DNA of 64,000 nucleotides from the human T2T-CHM13v2.0 reference genome, Homo sapiens: the NCBI RefSeq assembly GCF_009914755.1, contig NC_060931.1; one strand, 5' to 3'. Each line of letters opens with the position of its first letter. Position 1 is the stretch's first letter. Under the pieces are notes generated by a model, which was not told where the DNA came from, made no database searches, and was given only the letters and a program-made list of their open reading frames with translations. Shown here in pieces: positions 54,870 through 64,000 of the stretch. Made by a program: the position numbers and the translations under genes.

Positions 54870-57800
54870 GATTTGTGCATTCAACTCACAGAGTTGAAAA
54901 TTTCTTCTGATAGAGCAGTTTTGAAACACTCTTTTTGTAGAATCTGCAAGTGGATATTTGCATAGCTTTCAGAATTTCATTGGAAATGGGAATATCTTCA
55001 TATAAAAAGTAGACAGAAGCATTCTCAGAAACTTCTTTGTGATGTTTGTATTCAAGTCACAGAGTTGAACATTGCCTTTCATAGAGCAGGTTTGAAACAG
55101 TTTTTTGCAGTATCTGGAAATGGACATTTGGAAAGATTTGAGGCCTATGGTGAAAAAGGAAATCTCTTCGCTTGAAAACTACACAGAATCATTCTCAGAA
55201 ACTTGTTTGTGATGTGTGTGCTCAACTGAGTTGAACCTTTCTTTTGATAGAGCAGTTTTGAAACACTCTTGTTGTAGAATCTGTAAGTGGTTATTTGTAT
55301 AGCTTTGAGCATTTCGTTGGAAACGGGAATATCTTCATATAAAATCTCGACAGAAATATTCTCAGAAACTTCTTTGTGACGTTTGCATTGAAGTCACAGA
55401 GTTGAAGATTCCCTTTCATAGAGCAGGTTTGAAACACTCTTTTTGTAATAACTGGAAGTGGACATTTGGAGCGCTTTGAGGCCTATGGTGAAAAAGGAAA
55501 TCTCTTCCCATAAAAACTAGGCAGAAACATTCTCGGAAACTTGTTTGTGATGTGTGTACTCAACTAACGGAGTTGAACCTTTCTTTTGGTATAGCAGATC
55601 TGAAGCACTCTTTTTGTAGAAACTGCAAGTGGATATTTGGATAGCTTTAAGGATTTCGTTGGAAACAGGAATATCTTCATATAAAAATTAGACAGAAGCC
55701 TTCACAGAAACTTCTTTGTGATGTTTGCATTCAAGTCACAGAGTTGAACATTCGCTTTCATTTAGCAGGTTTGAAACAGTCTTTTTGTAGTATCTGGAAG
55801 TGGACATTTGGAGCGCTTTGAGGCCTATGGTGAAAAAGGAAATCTCTTCCCATGAAAACTACACAGAATCATTCTCAGAAACTTGTTTGTGATGTGTGTG
55901 TTCAACTAACAGAGTTGAACCTTTCTTTTGATAGAGCAGTTTTGAAACACTGTTTTTGTAGAATCTGCAAGTGGATATTTGGATAGCTTTGAGGATTTCA
56001 TTGGAAACGGGAATATCTTCATATAAAAAGTAGACAGAAGCATTCTCAGAAACTTTTTTGTCATGTTTGCATTCAAGTCCCAGAGTTGAACGTTCCCTTT
56101 CAAGAGCAGGTTTGAAACAGTCTTTTTGTAGTATGTGGAAGTGGACATTTGGAGGGCTTTGTGGCCTATGGTGAAAAAGGAAACCTCTTCCCATAAAAAC
56201 TAGGCAGAAACATTCTCAGAAACTTGTTTGTGATGTGTGTACTCAACTAACAGAGTTCAACCGTTCTTTTGAGAGAGGATTTTTGAAACAGTCGTCTTGT
56301 AGAATCTGCAAGTGGATATTTGGATAGCTTTGAGGATTTCGTTGGAAACGGGAATACCTTCAAATAAAATCCGGACAGAAGCACTCTCAGAAACACCTTT
56401 GTGATGTTTGCATTCAAGTCACAGAGTTGAAAATTCCCTTTCATAGAGCAGGTTTGAAACAGTCTTTTTGTAGTATCTGGAAGTGGTCATTTGGAGCGAT
56501 TTGAGGCCTATGGTGAAAAAAAAAATATTCCCATGAAAACTAGACAGAAGCATTCTCAGAAACTTGTTTATGATGTGTGTACTCAACTAACAGGGTTGAA
56601 ACTTTCTTTTGATAGAGCAGTTTTTTAACATACTTTTTGCAGAATCTGCAAGTGGATATTTGGATAGCTTTGTTTATTTCATTGGAAACGGGAATATCTT
56701 CATATAAAAAGTACACAGAAGCCTTCTCAGAAACTTCTTTGTGATGTTTGCTGTCAAGTCAGAGAGTTGAAAATTCTCTTTCACAGAGCAGATTTGAAAA
56801 ACTCTTTTTCTAGTATCTGGAAGTGGACATTTGGAGCTCTTTGAGGCCTTGGGTGAAAAAGGAAATATCTTCCCATAAAAACTAGAAAGAAGCATTCTGA
56901 GAAACTTGTTTGTGATGTGTCTACTCAACTAACAGAGTTGATCCTCTCTTTTGATAGAGTGGTTTTGAAACACTCTTTGTGTAGAATCCGCAAGTGGATA
57001 TTAGGAAATCTTTAAGGATTTCGTTGGAAATGTGAACATCTTCATATAAAATCTAGACAGAAGCATTCTGAGAAACACTTTGTGATGTTTGCATTCAAGT
57101 CACGGAGTTGAAAATTCCCTTTCATAGAGCAGGTTTGAACCACTCTTTTTGTAGTATCTGGAAGTGGACATTTGGAGCGTTTTGAGACCTGTGGTGAAAA
57201 AGGAACTCTCTTCCCATAAAAACTAAATAGAAGCAATCTGAGAAACTTTTTTTGTGATGTGTGTACTCAACTAACAGAGTTGATCCTTTCTTTTGATAGA
57301 GTAGTTTTGAAACACTCTTTTTGTAGAATCTGCAAGTGGATATTTGGAAAGTTTTGAGGATTTCTTTGGAAATGGGAATATCTTCATATAAAATCTAGAC
57401 AGAAGCATTCTTAGAAACATCTTTGTGAAGTTTGCTTTCAAGTCACAAATTTGAACATTCCCATTCATAGAGCAGGTTTGAGACACACTTTTTGTAGTAT
57501 CTGGAAGTGCACTTTTGGAGCCCTTTTAGGCCTATTGTGAAAAAGGATATATCTTCTCATAAAAACCAGACAGAAGCATTCTCAGAAACTTGTTTATGAT
57601 GTGTCTACTTAACTAACAGAGTTGAACCTTTCATTTGATAGAGCAATTTTGAAACACTCTTTTTGTGCAATCTGGAAGTGGATATTTGGATAGCTTTGAA
57701 GATTTCGTTGGTAACGGGAATATGTTCATATAAAATCTGGACGGAAGCATTCTGAGATACATCTTTGTGATGTTTGCATCCAAGTCACAGAGTTGAACAT

Positions 57801-58133
57801 TCTTTTTCTTAGAGCAGTTTTGAAACACTCTTTTTGTAGTATCTGTAAGCGGACATTTGGAGTGCTTTGAGGCTGGTGTTGAAAAAGGAAATATCTTCCC
57901 ATAAAAACTAGACAGAAGCATTCTCAGAAACATGTTTGTGAAGTGTGTACTCAACTAACGGAGTTGAACCTTTGTTTTGATAGAGTAGTTTTGAAACACT
58001 ATTTTTGTAGAATCTGCAATTGGATATTTGGATAGCTTTGAGGGTTTCGTTGGAAACGGGAATATCGTCATATAAAAAGTAGACAGAAGCCTTCTCAGAA
58101 CTTCTTTGTGTTGTTTGCATTCAAGACACAGAG
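54870..58133 (+). repeat. Regular diverged A/B dimer, SF2 (D1/D2)-like, about 9 dimers
   Basis: Strict alternation of 'TTTGCATTCAAGTCACAGAG...TTTCATAGAGCAGGTTTG...GTATCTGGAAG...GGTGAAAAAGG...CTTCCCATAAAA' with 'TTGTTTGTGATGTGTGTACTCAACTAACAGAG...GGATAGCTTTGAGGATTTCGTTGGAAACGGGA'; period ~342 bp. Confidence 0.85.
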
Positions 58134-61100
58134 TTGAATGGACTCGAATAGAATCATCAAATGAATCAAATGGAATCATCATCAAATGGAATCCTAAAGA
58201 ATCATCATCAAATGGATTCCAAAGGAATCATCAATGAATGGAATTTAATGCAATTATTGAATGGAATCTAGCAGAATCATCATTGAATGGAACTGAATGG
58301 AATCATCCTCAAATGGAAACTAAAGGTGTCATCATTGAATGGATTTGAATGGAATCATCATCGAATGGCATCGAATGGAATCATCACCAAATGGAATAGA
58401 ATGGAATCATCATCAAATGGAATCAAATGGAATCATTGAATGGAAATGAATGGAATCATCGAATAGACTTGAATGGAATCATCGAATGTACACGAATGGA
58501 ATCATCATTGAGTGGACTCAAATGGAATGATTGAATGGACTCGAATGGAATCATCGATTGGACCCAAATGGAATTATCGAATGGACTCGAATGGAATCAT
58601 TATCAAATGGAATCAAATGGATTCATCGAAAGGAATCAAACAGAATCATCGAATGGAATCGATCAGAGTCATCATCGAATGGAATCAAATGGAATCATCG
58701 AATGGAAACTAATGCAGTCATCATCAAATGGAATCTAATGGAATCATCATCAAATAGAATGAAAAGGAATTATCGAATGGATTCGAATGGAATCATCATC
58801 GAATGGAATTGAATGGAATCATCATCGAATAGAATAGAATGGAATCATCGAATGGAATCAAATGGAATCATCATCAAATGGAATAGAAAGGAATCATCGA
58901 ATGGAATCCAATGGAATCATCATCAAATGGAATCAAATGGAATCATTATCAAATAGAATCGAATGGAATCATTGAATGATATCATCATCAAATGGAGTCC
59001 AATGGAATCATCAAATTGAATTGAATGGAATAATCATTGAATGGAATCAAATAGAATCATTGAATGGAATCGAATGGAATCATCATCAAACGGAATCGAA
59101 TGATATCATCGAATGCACTTGAATGGAATCATCAACGAATGGAATTGAATGGTATCATCTAATGGATTCGAATGGAATCATCTTCGAGTGGAATCTAAAG
59201 GATTCACTAAGTGGACTCCAATGGAATAATCATCAAATAGAATCAAGTGGAATCATCAAATGTACCCGAATGGTATCATCAAATGGAATCAAATGGAGTC
59301 ATCAAATGGATTTGAATGGAATAGTCATCGAATGGAATCAAGTGGAACGATCAAAAGGACTCGAATGGAATCATCACTGAATGGATTTGAATGGAATCGT
59401 CGAATACACTAGAATGGAATCATCATCAAATGGAAATGAATGGAATCATCAAATGGAAACGAATAGAATCATTGTCAAATGGAATCATATGGAATCATTG
59501 AATGGACTCGAATGCAATCATTGAATGCACTCGAATGGAATCATCATCGAATGGAATCAAATAGAATCATCGAATGGACTCGAATGGAGAGATCAAAAGG
59601 ACTTGAAAGGAATTATCAAGTGGACTCTAATGGAATCATCGAATGGACCCTAATGGAATCATCATCGAATGGAAAAGAATGGAATACTCAAATGGACTCG
59701 AATGGAATCATCGAATGGACTCGAATGGAATCTTCGAATGGAGTCTAAAGGAATCACCATTGAATGGAATCGAATGGAATCATCGAATAAAATCGAATGT
59801 AATCATCTAATGGAATCTAACGGAAAAATCATCAAATGGAAACAAATGGAACCACCGAATGGAATCAATATCAATAATCATAGAATGGAATCAAATGGAA
59901 TCATCATTGAATGGAATTGAGTGGAATCTTCGAACAGACACGAATGGAATCATCATCGAATGGAAAGGAATGGAATCATCAAATGCACTCGAATATAATC
60001 ATCATTGAAGGGAATCAAATGGAATCATCAATTGGAATCGAATGGAATCATCATCAAATGAAATTGAATGGAGTTATCGAATGTCATCAAATTGAATCAT
60101 CACCAAATTGAGTTGGATGGAATCATCTAATGGACTCGAATGGAGTCATCATCGAATGGAATCGAATGGATTCATTGAATGGACTCAAATGGAATCGTCA
60201 TAGAAGGGAATTGAATGGAATCATCGAATCGACTCGAATGGAGTCATCATCAAATGTAATTGAATGGAATCAACAAATGGACTCGAGTGGAATCATCATC
60301 AAATGAAATCGAATGGAATCATCGAATGGACATGAATGGAATCATCATCGAATGGAATCAAATGGAATGATCGATTGTACTCCAATGTAATCATCAAATG
60401 GACTCGAATGGAATCATCATCAAAAGGAATCAAATGAAATCATCACCAGATGGAATCGAATGGAAACATCACTGAATGGAATCGAATGGAATCATCGAAG
60501 GGAAAGAGATGGAATCATCATTGAATGGAATCAAATAGAAGCATTGAATGAAATCGAATTGAATCATAGTTGAACGGAATCGAATGGAAACATCATTGAA
60601 TGGACTCAAATGGAAACATCATGGAATGGAATCGAGTGGAATCATCATCGAATGGAATTGAATGGAAACATCATTGAATTGAATCAGATGGAATCATCAT
60701 GGAATTGAATCGAATGGCTCATCATCAAATGGAATAGAATGGAATCGTCAAATGGAATCATCGAATGGAATCGAATGGATTAATCATCTAATGGAATCGA
60801 ATGGAATCATCTTCGAATGGAGTCGAATGGAATTATCATCAAATGGAATCTAATGGAATCATCAACAAAGGGAATTGAAAGGAATCATCATCGAATGGAA
60901 TCTAATGGAATCATCAACTAATGCTATCGAATAGAATCATCATAGAAAGGAATCATAGGGAATCATTGAAAGGAATTGAACAGAATTATCAAATGGAATC
61001 AAAAGGAATCATCATTAATTGGAATCGAATGGAGTCATCAAATGGACACGAATGTAATAATTAAATGGACGCAAATGGAATCATTGAATGGAACCGAATG

Positions 61101-64000
61101 GAATCATCGATTGGACTCCAATGGAATCATCATCAAATGGAATCGGATGGAATCAATGAAGGGAGTTGAATGGAATAATCGAATGGATTTGAATGGAATC
61201 AGCATCAAACGTAATCAAATTGAATCATTCAATGGACTCGAGTGGAATCATCATTGAATGGAATCAAATGAAATCATCATCAGATGGAATCGAATGGAAT
61301 CATCATTGAACGGAATTGAATGGAATCATTGAATGGACTCGAATGGAATAATTGAATGGACTCGAATGGAATCATAGAATGGAATCAAATGGAATCATTG
61401 AATGGACTCGAATGGAATCATCGAATGGACTCGAATGGAATCATCATCAAATGGAATCAAATGGAATTAACGAATGGAATTGATTGGAATCATCATCGAA
61501 TGAAATCGAATAGAAGCATCAAATGGAATTGAATGGAATCATAGAATGGAATCAGACGGAATCATCATTGAATGGAATTGAATAGAAGCATCGAATGAAA
61601 TCGAATGGACTCATCATCGAATGGACTCGTATGGAATCATCATCAAATGGACACGAATGGAATCATCATCGAATGGAATAGAATGGAAACATCATCTAAT
61701 TGAATCAAATAGAATCATCATGGAATTGAATCGAATTGCTCACCATCAAATGGAATCGAATGTAATCATCAAATGGAATCGAATGGAATCATCATTGAAT
61801 GGAATCGAAAGGAGTCATCATGGAATGGAATAAAATGGAATCATCCAATGGAAGAGAACTGAATCATCATCGAATGGAATCAAATAGAATCATCAAATGA
61901 AAACGAATGGAACCATAATCCAATAGAATCAAATGGAATCAACATCGAATGGAATTGAATGGAATCATCATCGAATGGAATCGAATGGAATCATCATCGA
62001 ATGGAATCGAATGGAATCATCATCGAATGGAATCGAATGGAATCATCTAATATAATAGAACTGAATCATCATCGAATGGAATCTGATAGAATCATCAAAT
62101 GAAATCAAATGGAATCATCATCGAATGGAATCGAATCATCAATGAACAGAATCGAATGGAATCATATAATGGAATCCAATGTAATCATCATCAAATTGAA
62201 CCCAATGTAATCATTAAATTGACTCAAATGGAATCATTGAATGGACGCGAATGGAATCATCATCGAATGGAATAGAATGGAATCATCGAATGGAATCAAA
62301 TGGGATCATCATCGAATGAAATCAAATGGAATCATCGAATGGACTCGAATGGAATCATCATAGAATGGAATTGAATGGAATCATCGAATGGACTCGAATG
62401 GAATCATCATCAAATGGAATTGAAAGGAATCATCAAATGGACTTGAATGGAATCATTGAATGGACTCGAATGGAATCATCATCGAATGGAATCGAATGGA
62501 ATCACCAAATGGACATGAATGGAATCATCATCTAATAGCATTGAATGGAATCATCGAATGGACTCGAATGGAATATCAGCAAATGGAATAGAAAGCAATC
62601 ATCGAATGGACTCCAATGGAATTATCGAATGGACTCGAATGGAATCACTATCGAATGGACTCAAATGGAATGATTGAATGGTCTCGAATGGAATCATCAT
62701 TTGGACTCAAATGGAATTATTGAATATCCTCGAATGGAATCATTGAATGGACTCGAATGGAATCATTATTGAATGGAATCAAATGGAATCATCAAATGGA
62801 ATCGAATGGAATCATCGAATGCAATTGATCAGAATCATCATCGAATGGAATCAAATAGAATCATCAAATGGAATCAAATGCAGTCATCATCAAATGGAAT
62901 CGAGTGGAATCATCATTGAATAGAATCGAATGGAATCATCGAATGGAAGCAAATGGAATCATCATCGAATGTAATCGAATGGAATCATCAAATGGAATTG
63001 AAAGGAATCAGCATCAAATGAAATCAAATGGAATCATCATAGAATAGAATCAAATGGAATCATAGAATGGAATCATCATCAAATGGAGTCCCATGGAATC
63101 ATCAAATGGACTCGAATGGAATCATCATAGAATGGAATTGAATGGAATCATCGAATGGAATCGAATGGAATCATCATCAAATGGAACCGAATGGTATGGT
63201 CGAATGCACTCTAATGGAATCATCAATGAGTGGTATCGAATGGTAACATTGAATGGAATCGAATAGAATAATCTTCAATTGGCATCGAAAGGAATCACTG
63301 AATGGATACGAATGGAATAATCATAGAAAGGAATCGAATGGAATCATCCCATGGAATCGAATGGAATCATCACTGAATGGACTAGAATGGAATCATCGAA
63401 TGGACTAGAATGGAATCATCATTGTATGGAATCAAATGGAATCATCGAATGGAATCGAATGGAATCATCATTGAATGTAATCAAATGGAATCATCATCGA
63501 ATGGAATCAAATGGAATCATCATCGAATGGAATTGAAATGAATTAACGTCAAATGGAGTGGAATGGAATCATGATTGAATGGAATCCAAAGAAATCATCA
63601 TCAAATGGAACCGAATGGAATCGTCATCGAATGGAACCAAAAGGGGTCATTATCAAATGGAATTGCATGGAATCATCATCGAATGAAATCGAATGGAATC
63701 ATCATCGAATGGAATCTTCATGAAATGGAATCTAATGGAATCATTGAATGGAATTGAATGGAATCATCATCGAATGAATTGAATGGAATCATCCATTGGT
63801 CTCGAATGGAATTATTATCAAATGGAAATGAAAGTATTCACCGAATATAATCGAATGGAATAATCATCGAATGGACTCAAATGGAATCATCATCAAATGG
63901 AATCGAAAGGAATTATTGAGTGGAATCGAGTAGAATCATCGAATGGACTCATATGGAATCATCCAATGGAATGGAATGGAATAATCAATGAACACGAGAG
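58134..64000 (+). repeat. Human satellite 2 (HSat2/HSATII), diverged, GAATG strand
   Basis: 23/26-bp units GAATGGAATCATC(ATC)GAATGGA(ATC/CTC). ATCATCGAATG-rich rather than long pure GGAAT runs, which favours HSat2 over HSat3. Many TCGA>TCAA/TTGA CpG-decay variants. Confidence 0.92.

Larger units (their letters stand above)
29245..58061 (+). promoter_or_regulatory. CENP-B boxes: 13 canonical 17-mers plus 3 core-intact variants
   Basis: YTTCGTTGGAAACGGGA starts at 29245, 32998, 34338, 38433, 38775, 42527, 44065, 47816, 48671, 54124, 55312, 56337 and 58045; TTCGnnnnAnnCGGG core only at 32144, 49182 and 53782. Counted by eye, so a few may be missed. Confidence 0.9.

Noticed and set aside
54870-58133. 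Active centromeric HOR
   Set aside because: The dimers are visibly diverged, most B boxes are broken, and the block is only ~3.3 kb.
58512-63757. MESNGIIEW-type ORFs
   Set aside because: Translation of the GAATG-based HSat2 repeat.

Overview
This is primate (most likely human) pericentromeric heterochromatin with no credible protein-coding or RNA genes. Positions 1-~58135 are 171-bp alpha satellite, with a strand switch at ~18530 joined through AAAACT(G) microhomology. The alphoid DNA is layered left to right: A-type dimer-like monomers without CENP-B boxes, other monomeric layers, irregular A/B (SF5 R1/R2-like) monomers with scattered CENP-B boxes, a transitional block, and a regular SF2 D1/D2-like dimer. 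The dimer ends abruptly in diverged HSat2 (~58134-64000). Three retroelements interrupt the alphoid DNA, each with a ~14-bp TSD: an AluYb-lineage element with an incomplete Yb8 signature and two 5'-truncated, twin-primed (5'-inverted) L1PA2/PA3-type elements. Local tandem duplications of different ages (3x684 bp, ~2.5x512 bp, diverged 8-, 14- and 17-mer) look like stages of higher-order repeat birth and decay. I see no new gene system; the interest lies in centromere architecture and repair/retrotransposition signatures. Family names and identities were judged by eye against remembered consensus sequences, not computed.
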